Assembly (NCBI RefSeq): GCF_001194135.2
Contig: NC_068997.1
Coordinates: 19,213,447 to 19,277,280, forward strand
Direction of reading: 5' to 3'
Length of the DNA: 63,834 nucleotides
Origin: Octopus bimaculoides
Taxonomy: Eukaryota
Notes under the pieces: generated by a model
What the model saw: only the letters and a program-made list of their open reading frames with translations
What the model was told of the DNA's origin: nothing
The model's database searches: none
Part shown: positions 37,914 to 50,530 of the stretch, in pieces
Layout of the letters: every line of letters begins with the position of its first letter
How positions within the stretch are numbered: position 1 is the stretch's first letter
Position numbers and translations under genes: made by a program

Positions 37914-38004
37914 GTGATATTTAGTCAATCAAGTGATATTCCACAACAACAAAACAGTTTGGCATCGAGTCAAGAAAACTCTACAGCCTCTGTCAATTCC
38001 TCAA
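37914..38004 (+). CDS. fry: fry exon 29 (VIFSQSSDIPQQQNSLASSQENSTASVNSS)
   Basis: ttccag acceptor, GTATGT donor. Confidence 0.9.
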
Positions 38005-38163
38005 GTATGTAATCTTTCATTTTTTCACCTTTTGCTTGTTTCACTTATTAGACTCTGGCCATACTGGGGCACCACCTTGAAGGGTTTAGTTCAACATGTT
38101 GATCTCAGTTTTTATTTTTTTTATATAAGTCTTATCTATACTATAAAAGGCAGATTTTCTCTC

Positions 38164-38194
<31 letters not shown>

Positions 38195-38300
38195 TTAAAA
38201 TTCATACTGCATCACCTGCTGTACCACCATGTTATTATTATTTTTGAGCGTTTCAAATAGGTTTCAGTAATACAATTTGACATATGTTTTTACATTTCAG

Positions 38301-38392
38301 ATGATATATTCCTTGGTGACCCTAATGGTAAAGAGTTGATGTTAACATTTAAAGGATTCGATTTCCTTGATAATGAACTTGAAGAAGTTGAG
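38301..38392 (+). CDS. fry: fry exon 30 (DIFLGDPNGKELMLTFKGFDFLDNELEEVE)
   Basis: tttcag acceptor, GTGAGT donor, FDFLDxELE motif. Confidence 0.94.
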
Positions 38393-39673
38393 GTGAGTCA
38401 AGATTTTTCTAATTAAAACAATAGTACTTTATTATTTGTTTTTTCAGCTGAGATTGTTACTTGAAAGTCAGAACGGTAGAGCACCTAATTAATTATTTTG
38501 TTGTAATGGTCCTTTATGTGGTGAGTTCAAATCTCATGGATGTTAACATTGCTTTTTATTCTTTCAGGGTCAATGAAAATAAATACTAGTCGTGTCCCGA
38601 GAGTGGGGATATAATCAACCGTACTCTCACTCAAAGTTTGTAACATTGTCTCTATATCAGAAACCACCACCATCATCATCATCACCACCATCATTATTAG
38701 TATTTTTGTTATTAATGTATAGTAGGGCAGTGGTTTGGCAAAAATGTCAGAGCTTTAGGAAAAAATGCTTTGCAATATTTCTTCTGACTTTTTATGTTCT
38801 GAGTTCAAATCCTACTGATTCCAACTTCCATTTCATTGGGGTTGATAAAATAAAACCTCAGTCAAATGCTGGGGTTGATGTCATTAACTAACCCCAATAC
38901 CCAACATTTCCAGCTTTGTGCCTAAATTAGAAGGTTCATCATCATTATTATCATAATATGATGAGCTGAGAGAATTGTCAGCATCCTAGACAAAATGCTT
39001 TGTAGCATTTCATCTGTCTTTACATTCTGAGTTCAAATTCCACTGGGGTCGACTTTGCATTTCATACTTTCGGGTTGAATGAAATAAGTATCAGCTGCAC
39101 ACTGGTTTGATGTTATTGACTAACCCCTCCTACCAAAATTTCAGGCAATGTGCCTATAGTAGTTTAGTGTGTCAGGTGTGTAGAAAAAGTTGAAGACTGT
39201 TTTACCATAACAGATAAAAGATATCTGATGATGAGTGAAGAAGAAAACAATCCAAAGGTAGAGTAAACGGAAGTATAGGTGGAGGGAAACAACTTTCATC
39301 TAAAAACCACAAAGTTGACAATTGGGGAAAATGATAATCTTATTAACAACACCTCACTCCTTTCAGACATTTTAGAATATTTAAGTAGTTTCAAAATTTA
39401 CCTTGTTACAATATTCTACACATTTTGATTCCCTCCCACCAAGTAGAGACATATAGTAGATCTCTGCGATTATTTGATAAGTCTCTTAATTTTCATTTGA
39501 GTTAACAACCAATTCTTTGAAGTCCTTTTAAATATCTGTACTGAACTATCAGCCGCACCTGATGTACTTTAGGATTTTTCATACAGTCATTTTCATTTTT
39601 GTTACCCACTTCTTTTTTTATTTTATATATTTTTATTTAACATTTTGATTTTTGATTTTATGTATTATATATA

Positions 39674-39718
<45 letters not shown>

Positions 39719-40739
39719 TTTAGAGAAAAAAACCACAATTCCTGAATTCATCCATGAAAATTCACAGTCACATATAGAAAAATTTAATAAGTAAATACAC
39801 TANNNNNNNNNNNNNNNNNNNNNNNNNNNNNNNNNNNNNNNNNNNNNNNNNNNNNNNNNNNNNNNNNNNNNNNNNNNNNNNNNNNNNNNNNNNNNNNNNN
39901 NNNNNNNNNNNNNNNNNNNNNNNNNNNNNNNNNNNNNNNNNNNNNNNNNNNNNNNNNNNNNNNNNNNNNNNNNNNNNNNNNNNNNNNNNNNNNNNNNNNN
40001 NNNNNNNNNNNNNNNNNNNNNNNNNNNNNNNNNNNNNNNNNNNNNNNNNNNNNNNNNNNNNNNNNNNNNNNNNNNNNNNNNNNNNNNNNNNNNNNNNNNN
40101 NNNNNNNNNNNNNNNNNNNNNNNNNNNNNNNNNNNNNNNNNNNNNNNNNNNNNNNNNNNNNNNNNNNNNNNNNNNNNNNNNNNNNNNNNNNNNNNNNNNN
40201 NNNNNNNNNNNNNNNNNNNNNNNNNNNNNNNNNNNNNNNNNNNNNNNNNNNNNNNNNNNNNNNNNNNNNNNNNNNNNNNNNNNNNNNNNNNNNNNNNNNN
40301 NNNNNNNNNNNNNNNNNNNNNNNNNNNNNNNNNNNNNNNNNNNNNNNNNNNNNNNNNNNNNNNNNNNNNNNNNNNNNNNNNNNNNNNNNNNNNNNNNNNN
40401 NNNNNNNNNNNNNNNNNNNNNNNNNNNNNNNNNNNNNNNNNNNNNNNNNNNNNNNNNNNNNNNNNNNNNNNNNNNNNNNNNNNNNNNNNNNNNNNNNNNN
40501 NNNNNNNNNNNNNNNNNNNNNNNNNNNNNNNNNNNNNNNNNNNNNNNNNNNNNNNNNNNNNNNNNNNNNNNNNNNNNNNNNNNNNNNNNNNNNNNNNNNN
40601 NNNNNNNNNNNNNNNNNNNNNNNNNNNNNNNNNNNNNNNNNNNNNNNNNNNNNNNNNNNNNNNNNNNNNNNNNNNNNNNNNNNNNNNNNNNNNNNNNNNN
40701 NNNNNNNNNNNNNNNNNNNNNNNNNNNNNNNNNNNNNNN

Positions 40740-40774
<35 letters not shown>

Positions 40775-42360
40775 TGTGTGTGTGTATGTATAACACCAAC
40801 CTCTTTTTCGTTCATATTTTTCATAATCCCAGTTTGATCTTCTGCTTCTTTTTGTAACACAACCCTTAAAATAGTTCATTCACAAGCCAACAATGGAACG
40901 TAGTCACTTCACTGTGATCAGACCCGCAGCAATAGCAGATAAACTTGCCTACTTTTTTTTTTTTAAATTGAAAGAACACACTGTGTCATTTAGTCCTAAA
41001 CACACTGCTTCTTGGAAAGAAAAAAATGTCTGATGGTTACAGGTGAAACCCGTGAGTCATGTTTTCTCAGATTGAGCTGATCTAGAATTAAACAACTGAC
41101 AGTTTGTTAAAAATACAATCTTTTCACCTGTATTAATATTGACACTTAAATTATTTCACAAGCTGGAAGTTGAATTACATCAGTGGGGGAAAGAGTGGAA
41201 GGATCAATATATAGGTGCAGATATGGCTGTGTGGTTAAGAAGCTCATTTTGCAATCATGTGGTTTCAGGTTCCGTCTCACTGTGTGGCAATTTGGGCAAG
41301 AAATGTTAGCACGCCGGGTGAAACGCTTAGCAGTATTTCATCTGTCTTTACGTTCTGAGTTCAAATTCCACTGAGGTCGACTTTGCCTTTCATCCTTTCG
41401 GGGTCAATAAATTAAGTACCAGTTGCATACTGGTGTCATTCTAATCGACTGGCTCCTCCGCCAAAATTTCAGGCCTTGTGCCTAGAGTAGAAAAGAATAT
41501 TAGAGCAGTTATCTTTCAGTAACTTCCACATTATCCAGAGACCCATTATTGGTTTAAAACCTTCAACTGTGTCACCTTTAATTTGGTCTTTCCAATGCAA
41601 AACAATCATACTTTGGGTCATCCTCTTTTTTACTCTTCAAAAGTTCTTTACTGCACAGGATATCATTTAATTATTTAATTATTATCACAGAGCAGGAAAA
41701 TCCTTATATTTCTCAACCATGATGGCTTTATTAGCAACATTCTCTTAGAGAAAGTCCTCCTTGCTATTTGGTGCCTCGTCTTGTATCCAGTATCATACTG
41801 CACACACAAGGTAAATCTCTGACGAAGCAACCCTAATTCCCACACACTGTATTCCTTCTCCAAGTCATCATATTCACATACAGTCTAGGTTTGGTTGACG
41901 TAAAACCAACAGAGCCATAATTTCTGACAGTAACCTTTCTATTACTCTGAAATAAAGCATCCCAGACTTAACTTCCATACTTGCCTAACCCTTCGGTCTC
42001 TCTCTGTGGTCACTAAACCAGCTATTTCTAGCAGGTTTAGCAACCAAATAGATGGTCTCATGTGGGATCATGAGCATCAATGTGTTGCTATATATATGTT
42101 ACTGTCATAAAAACTGTATCATTCATTTCCAATATACTGTGAAAAAGCATCTGGCTATGAGGAAATATAATCTTGCTTGGAAATAGGTGAGGGTTAGCAA
42201 CAGGAAAGGCACCCTTGAATGAAGGGGAAAGTGGATGTGAAAATGAGGATAACAATGATATCCCAACTTCCATCATTATCAACATTTCAATGTTTGTCAC
42301 ACCTTGTTTGCATTGATGGATAGGTTTTATCCAGCACTACATCTTCCCCACCATCACAAT

Positions 42361-42835
42361 CCTTTTTATTTTCTTGTTGAGGCTCAGAATCCTTAGGCTG
42401 GTTTTCCACCACTTTGTGTTCCACATTTTCCTAGCTCACTCTCCTCCATAGGTTCCATCCATTTTCAGTGCCCCACACTGCTTTATACAGCTATCTTCCT
42501 CCATATGCTTTATATGCCTATAACAGCACAATCTTGTGTCTTGCATACCACATTTGATGCCTCTTATGTCTAGTTTTTTTTCCATTTCTCAGGTCTCTTG
42601 TGCTTTTCATTCATATACACTAACGTTACACATCTACTGGATTATACCAGTTTCATTTCCTTTAACTCTGAGCAAATTCTTGGCATTCAAGTCTCTTGTC
42701 TCACTCACCACCATACAATTTGTTCTTCACTCTGAGAGAAGAACCCTGTGTAATAAGCAGAGCTTGTTGCTCCCTGAACATTTCGCAAACACTTCTTACT
42801 CTGGTAAACTAAGCTTTCAGAATATTCATGTGCCT
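42361..42835 (-). mobile_element. Degenerate RTE LINE relic (RT C-terminal region)
   Basis: Minus-strand translation includes ...MCNVSVYE...IRGIKCGMQDTRLCCYRHIKHMEEDSCIKQCGALKMDGT..., with stops. Confidence 0.7.
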
Positions 42836-43629
42836 TTACTAATTAGGTCATTTTGGTAACAATAACATAAGCTATCAACTATTCAAGGGAGCCTTCTGAG
42901 CATTTCAAAGACTCTTTTTCATTGGTGGTTTTCATGCTTACTGAATTTATGCATCTGCAGCATATAAAGTCTATCACTTCTGTTCATCTGCTTATGACTT
43001 CACTACATCTCTTGTGTATCAATGGTTATACTGGGTACACTGTAAGGAATTTCTACCAACTTCTTTTCTGCATATTGAGCATGGTCATTTCATTGATGGT
43101 ACCAACATCATATCTTCTTTTTTATTCAGTAAAATTTTTGTTCATACTAAGTTTACTTAGAGGTATCTTCATTTTAAGTTTTGCTTCCCTTTCTGGAATT
43201 TTCTCACCAAATAGCTGACCAATTCTGTTATAAGAACTAAGTTATTAGCTTATTGGAGTTTTCACAGCTAGCTGCTCTTAAACTCCTTCATTATGGCCAG
43301 TTATAAATATCCAAGAAAAGAAAATTCATGCAAATAAATATATTTCTTCATTACTGGTTCCAGCTAATTAGGTTTGGTCGTGCTGAGGCAATTCAATTGA
43401 TTCTCTGTAATTCGTTTACTTTTCAAAATTAATGAATTTTGTGGATCTCTTGTACTGAAGTCAGCGAAGATTACTACCATACAACAAAATTTCTTTGGCT
43501 GTTTTGTCTTACATCATATATGTTATATTGAAAATAAAATAAACACCATTATCTTACTGGTTTCAATTATTGGGTGATGGCCATGCTGTACCTCCCATGA
43601 AATTCAAGAAAGATGATAATATTCATATA

Positions 43630-44790
43630 AAGTGTAACCTTTCTTGGACTCTTGTCCCTTATATTAGTCACATCTTGAACATTATACTTTTACAGTCCGA
43701 GAGCAGAAGATAACTATGATATATCTAATGAACAAATGGGACAGAGGAGCCCCTTAAACTCCTAAAGTACAAATGCAAATGTTGATAATGTTACACTTCT
43801 GCAATTAAAATAATGCATGTAATCAGCAGCTCTCCAAAAATATCATTGAGGAAATACGTCTTGCGTGAAAAAGTGCCACACCCTAACAGTTGAGGGAACC
43901 CGTGGAAGAGGTAGGCCCAGGAAGACCTGGGCTGAGGTGGTGGGGCAAGACCTTCGTACATTGGGCCTCACCGAGGCGATGACTACTGACCGAGACCTTT
44001 GGAAATGTGCTGTGCGTGAGAAGACCCGGCAAGCCAAGTAAGATCATTGCCAGTGCCCCTGGACTGGCTCTTGTGCGGGTGGCACATGAGATGCACCATT
44101 TTGAGCGTGGCCGTTGCCAGTACTGCCTGGCTGGCTCCCGTAGGATTTTCGAGTGAGATCGTTGCCAGTGCCCCTGGACTGGCTTNNNNNNNNNNNNGAC
44201 TGGCTTGTGCGGGTGGCACATAAAAGACACCATTTCGAGCATGGCCGTTTTCGTGCGGGTGACACGTAAAAGCACCCACTACACTCTCTGAGTGGTTGGC
44301 GTTAGGAAGGGCATCCAGCTGTAGAAACTCTGCCAAATTAGATTGGAGCCTGGTGTTGCCATCCGGTTTCACCAGTCCTCAGTCAAATCGTCCAACCCAT
44401 GCTAGCATGGAAAGCGGACGTTAAACGATGATGATGATGATGATGATGTAAGGCATGATATTGTTGCTAAAACAATATAACAACACCAACTGCAGAAAAG
44501 TCTGCTCTGGATGAATATAAACAACATTTCTGCTATTGAATACTTAGATATTATCACAGGGAATTGTCATCAAAACATCTACCAAGTACAAACATAGCAG
44601 GCCTGATATAGTCATTTGGAAAAGAAAAGAAAACTTACATATAGTCATAGAGGTAAACTGCCCTATAGATATGAGTGTCTTTTACAAAATCAGAAAGAAG
44701 AAGAGTTCTTATGGACAACTGCTTTGAAATCTATTGCTCTTTTATCGTGATTATAAATTCACATTCATTCAATAACCATTTGTGCATCCT
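43630..44790 (+). mobile_element. RLE-type (R4/Dong/CRE-like) non-LTR relic, interrupted by the RTE copy
   Basis: VREQKITMIYLMNK ... CYTSAIKIMHVISSSPK [insertion] RHDIVAKTI ... KHSRPDIVIWKRKENLHIVIEVNCPID...Y: CCHC knuckle plus PD-(D/E)xK endonuclease motifs. Confidence 0.7.
43850..44448 (+). mobile_element. 5'-truncated RTE-clade LINE: ORF C-terminus, 3'UTR and (GAT)n tail
   Basis: 43850-44041 translates as GNTSCVKKCHTLTVEGTRGRGRPRKTWAEVVGQDLRTLGLTEAMTTDRDLWKCAVREKTRQAK*. It is followed by an internally repetitive UTR ending in GGACGTTAAACGATGATGATG. Confidence 0.85.
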
Positions 44791-44840
44791 TTTACAAAGA
44801 ATTCTAATGAAAAAAAAAACAGGCAAATAATGAAGTCATA

Positions 44841-44902
<62 letters not shown>

Positions 44903-46527
44903 CATACATACATACATACAATAAACACATACATTCACATACATACAAGCCAATGAGTGGAATGACAATGTAAGGCAAGCTTCTGCATGGTCACACCACA
45001 AACTAGATATAACTGCCAAATCCCCTTAAAATTACTCTCTTTCATCTGAACAAAAAAACGTATGTTAGATAATGTTGTTTTGGTTTCATAATGCATAGGA
45101 AAAGACTGCATTGTCACAGCTGGATTGTTTTTCATCAAAGATCTATTCAATCAGGTTTACTCTGAAGTTTAACAGTAATGTACACATGTACATACATCTG
45201 AGTCAACATGGCAGGAGGAAAGACTTTTACATGAACCACTTGATCGACTAGAAATAGTAGTTAATTCCCTCTCAATCAAAACACTGTGTAGAAAAAAAAA
45301 AGAACACATTGAATGATGTATTCCTAGCTACAGCTAAGTAGATCATAGGTTTGCTCAAGTATTCACCTAGGATTAAATGATACAGATACATACAGACACT
45401 GTTGCACACACACAAATTCACACACACACACACACACACACGTATATATATTTATATAATTTAGAGAAAAACCACTATTAAATAATTCAATAAAGAATGT
45501 AATTCATACCCTCTAGAAAATAAATATATCATAAAAACCTTATTCAAAAACTCAATAAAATACATAAAAGAATAACTAATACATAGTATAAAATGACTAT
45601 GCACATTTCATGGCTATATTTTCAAATAGATAACTACTAAAACTAATTCAATTAATAATCAAATCTATTCAAAAATATAGTCACTCATCAGGTCTAAACT
45701 AATAAAATAATAATTAAAAAAATCAATGTACATATAACTTATACTAAATATCTAAAAAAAATACTTGTTTTAGCAATAAATAAATAATCAAAAAACATTT
45801 AACAATATTTCTTAAAATAAAAACACAACTTATCTGTGATGATGGCAGTCAACTCATGACCAAAGAAAACCATCATTGACCATTAAAAAACATTGTGAAA
45901 TCAGACAAAATTGATGGGGACTAATGAACCACAGCTCTTGATAGATATGCACATCCAAGAATACATATAATTTGCCCATGGGTAGTGTCATTTGTTTCAT
46001 TTCAGTGATAGCTATGTGTGTGTGTGTGTGTACACAATATTGACCATGTTCTTTTCCTTATGCTTTTTCATATAATAATTTTGATTAAAATTAACTGCAA
46101 CAGGAGACAAAAAAAAAAAGATAAACAAAGTTAACATTACTAAATAATTTAAATTTATTACTATATCAATTTGTTAATGTCTGTATATAAAAAATATATA
46201 TGTATATAATTTAGAAAAAAATTATTAATATAATACAAGATGAATTTATAAATACATAAACAATTTAATTAATGAATTATCATTTAATATTAAATATAAG
46301 TCTTATTTGATACGTAACATATTTTTTAAATTCTGTCTTACATTTATGCATATAGAGCCTAATATTATTTCATTATAATATAGTTTTCACATATATGTAT
46401 CAAAATGAAATTGATAAAGAAATTTGCATAACCAATTAATGATGTCAGGAAACTCCTGAAAGCTTTGTCTTTCTTGAAGTACATTCAATGTAAATCAGTC
46501 TAATACAATCCATTTCACCCCTGACAG

Positions 46528-46542
46528 AAGAAGCAAGATGAA
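46528..46542 (+). CDS. fry: Candidate 15-nt microexon (KKQDE)
   Basis: Branch-like CTAAT, then ccatttcacccctgacAG, 15 nt, GTAGGT; phase 0-0 like its host intron. No transcript evidence. Confidence 0.4.
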
Positions 46543-47148
46543 GTAGGTTAGCCTAGAAGTGAAATAGTGTCAGTTAGCTAGCTCCCCACCATTCTTCAGC
46601 ACTTGCATATATTCTCTGTGTGTGTATAAATATATTTACACTGAATCACTGCTTATACATTGAGGAAAAATTCCTGATAAAATTACTTTCTCATCACATT
46701 CAGCTAAATTAATTAATCTTATATTTGTTATGTAATAGTTATATAGTTGATGTTTTTATGTAAGTAATCAAAACAGCTGTAAAGCAAAACAAATGACACT
46801 TTTCAAATATGATTGAGATCTGTTTTCTATTCTTCATGTGTATATGGCCATTACCTGCATCTGTATGTACAGACCAGGGCAATATTGTTTTTTGGATGCA
46901 AGTCTCATCTCTCATATATACACACATATATACATGGCTGTCAGTTCAAATCCTACTGTGTAATGTGAAGTTCTCAGCAACCAGAGTTTGCTGCAAAATT
47001 AATTTAACTGAATACATATCTTCCAAAAAAAGGATGCCTTTGAGCCCAGCCAATGTTAGAAACAATTACTATTCATAGTAGTATGATCTATGTACATTTC
47101 ATTTTATTTTATTTTGTTTTGTTTTTTATTTACTGCTGCATTTCACAG

Positions 47149-47166
47149 GATTCCTATATCTTCAAG
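47149..47166 (+). CDS. fry: Candidate 18-nt microexon (DSYIFK)
   Basis: Long T-rich tract with TGCTGC, then tttcacAG, 18 nt, AAG/GTAAGG; phase 0-0. No transcript evidence. Confidence 0.6.
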
Positions 47167-48180
47167 GTAAGGTTTACTCCTACCTCACATCACCTGTGAT
47201 TTTTTTTGTTTTTGTTTTTTTTTGTTTTGTTTTATTCATTCTTTCAGAAGCTGAATAATAAAAACATACTTTGTTTCAGTATAAAAGGAATTAAAATGAC
47301 ATATAAATAATCATAATGAAATTACATACACAATAAAATTAAAGCAGAAAAGAAAAGGTTAATAGTTAGGTTAGACTTGACAGGGACATTTAATTTAGCT
47401 ATTTGATAAAAGGTTTCTAACAGGTCTCTAACAGCTGTTTCTAGAATATCCCAGCTACTGGAACATTGTGTCAAGTGAGGATTCCATAGGCCAAATATTC
47501 TCTCTCTGATGACAGTTTCAATAGCTTGGATATTCTAGAAAAAAACTATGTAGATCTTCTATTATGTAGCTAAATTGAATGTCCTTGTCAAGTCTTGTCA
47601 AATTGTTTGCCTTTTATTTTCTGCTTTAATGTGTACCTAAGAGCTCAAGAGGAAGCCACTTCTAGCTGCTTTCGAAAAGCAGTCACAAAATCATGTCTTC
47701 AACTGCAGTTCAAGCCGTAATTTTAATGGCATATCAATTTAAGCACTCAGAGCACATACTTATTAGTTTGAGCCACCCTGATAAAAACTCCTTGAATCTT
47801 TTAATAAAATGAATATGTAAGGAAGTAAAACTTGTGGTTGTAAACATTCTACATAAATTTACAAACTTAAAAGGACAAAACTGTACACATTGTAATATCC
47901 ATAGTATACATTTGTGAAAGATTTCTCAGGTTTTTCACAAATGTAATCATAACTATTCAGGCCTGTCACCTGACTTTGGTGCCTAGGGGTGCTTCAGAAT
48001 ATTCTGGATGGGTACTAATTTGTAATAATACTAAAACGGAGTTTCAAAATAAGTGTATCACTGTAAATCTGAGGGTGAACCATTGAATAGTGAGGGAGCA
48101 GTGTGCTGTCCAGAGTATCCCCTTAGTGATGGGCATGTAACTATTAGTAATTAGAATGCTATCAAACTCACATCCCACCA

Positions 48181-48224
<44 letters not shown>

Positions 48225-48544
48225 TTCTCTCTCTATCTATCTCATGAATGTACACAGTGGTAAAGACTGCAGTTGAAATTTTTTTTATACACATACATAC
48301 CCACATGACATTTGCAAACATCATAGTATTTTTATGAATTTAAGCAGCAAACATTTGATATTGAATGCCATACCAAACAAAATATTTGGCTGTATTTCAT
48401 CATTTGCTTTCACATTTCAAGTTCAAATTTAAACTGGTGTCAAACTTTACCATTCATTCATTGATAAAAATAGTTACCAGTCTAGGACTGAGGTCAATTT
48501 AATCAACTATTCCATCAAAATTCATATGCTTCTGCCTCAGTAAG

Positions 48545-48595
<51 letters not shown>

Positions 48596-49301
48596 CCACC
48601 ATCATAACATTTGCTAACTCACCAAGCATATCTTCATGTGACTCAAGCACACACACACATGGTTGTTTTTTCTTTATGTATGTATTTTATGTTGTGTTTA
48701 TGTTCACATATATATATATATTTTAACTGTAACTCTTGTCTTTTATGTGATATTTATATTGTGTAGTCTGTGTAATCCTGCAATTTTTATCACTTTATGT
48801 GAGCCTACCAACAAGGAAAAAATTGCCTTCCATCTTTTTGTGATGAAAATCTACATATACATATACACATGCGAAATAAGAACCAGTTCAATATTTTGTA
48901 TTTGATGGCAAAAAAAAAAAATTATATACTGGCTTATGAGGTGCACTCCGATTTCAACAATGATTCAAGAAAAAGAATTTTTAAAAGGTTAAAGGGTGTC
49001 TGACTTCACATTTAGAACCCTGAAAAGTTTTTTTTTTTTTTAGATCTGCATCTTATATACCATCAAATACAGTACAAGAATACTATTGAACCAGAAATAC
49101 ATGCCCACAACTGTCCTCTTATCCCTTGTCCTTTTTCCTTAATGGCATGTAAATTTTGGAGAAATTTTTTTGATTTTTTAGGTTATCTTCTCTTAGCAAG
49201 TGAAATTTGTCGAAAAATTAAGTATTAGTGAAGCACTGGGTCAATGTAAATAAATAGCCCACTCCCACAAAATTTCAGGTCTCGTGCCTTTAATAGAAAG
49301 G

Positions 49302-49334
<33 letters not shown>

Positions 49335-49440
49335 TAAGGTGGTGAGCTGGCAAAATTGTTAGCATGTCAGACGAAATGCTTAGTGACATTTCGTCTGTCT
49401 TTATGTTCTGAGTTCAAATTATTATTACGGTGAGAGATAA

Positions 49441-49666
49441 GGCGACGAGCTGCCAGAATCGTTAGCACACCGGGCAAAATGCTTAGCGGTATTTCGTCTG
49501 CCGCTACGTTCTGAGTTCAAATCCCGCTGAGGTCGACTTTGCCTTTCATCCTTTCGGGGTCGATAAATTAAGTACCAGTTACGCACTGGAGTCGATTACA
49601 TCGACTCCCCCTCCCCCTCCCCCCCCCAAAAAAAAATTTCAAGGCCTTGTGCCTAGACTAGAAATA
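49441..49666 (+). mobile_element. Young full-length family A SINE with target-site duplication
   Basis: Flanked by ATTATTACGGTGAGAGATAA (49421-49440) and ATTATTGCGGTGAGAGATAA (49667-49686). Confidence 0.88.
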
Positions 49667-50344
49667 ATTATTGCGGTGAGAGATAATGGTTGAAGGGGAA
49701 ATAAAAATGGCTTGCAATATGCAGTTATGTCCCCTGTGTATTCTGAATTTAAATCTTGCCGAAGGTTTATTTGCTTTTTATCTTTGTGAGGGTTTTATAA
49801 AATAAGTACTGCTTGCATACTATGATAGATTTAATCAACAATAAGCTCTCCACAAACTTGGAGCATCATATCTCAGAAAATATTTCAAATGTTTTGCCAC
49901 ATAAATCCTTTTAAACACTTCTTTTCGTTTTCAGTTGTTTATCCTTTGTTTTAAAGTTGAAATTGAAATTAAAAATCGTTATTATAATATTAGAGATTAT
50001 AAATATTAATTCAAGATAGAAAAGACCACCAGGTCTACTAACAAGACACAAATCAAGTATGTATCATTTGCTGTTAGTAGAATTGTTGTTCTTTCATAAT
50101 TCTGTCTCAAATTAATGTTTATCATGTCTGATATATAATTTATGCTACAAATGCTTGGCAGAATCGTTAGCATGCCAGGCGCGATGCTTAGTAGCATTTT
50201 GTCTGTCCTTACATTCTGAGTTTCAAGGTCGATGAAATAAATATAAGCTGAGTACTGGGGGGGGGGGTTTCGATGTAATCAACTAGTCACCTCCCCAAAA
50301 AATTTCAGGTCTTGTGCCTTTAGTAGAAAAGATTATTATAAACA

Positions 50345-50530
50345 TCACACAGTATACAATATCATGAGGTTGTTGACTGAAGATATTGTGTCAACCGGAG
50401 GTTTGTACTGGTCGTCAAGTCACAACAAGGACTCCACACAGACAGTACTTTACGCAATATGCGTGCAGTTCCAAATAATGCTGACTTTTGCAAAACATCT
50501 TATATTGTAGGGTATCTCTAAGGTTTTCAG
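50345..50530 (-). mobile_element. RLE-type (R4/Dong-like) LINE 3' end
   Basis: Minus strand KHLKTLEIPYNI / VLQKSALFGTARILRKVLSV, a C-terminal signature of this clade. Confidence 0.7.

Noticed and set aside
39160-39560. Possible retroelement coding relic
   Set aside because: Translations are too degenerate to assign to any family.
45660-45695. Minus-strand CTGATGAG as a hammerhead core
   Set aside because: No GAAA or stems at the required spacing.
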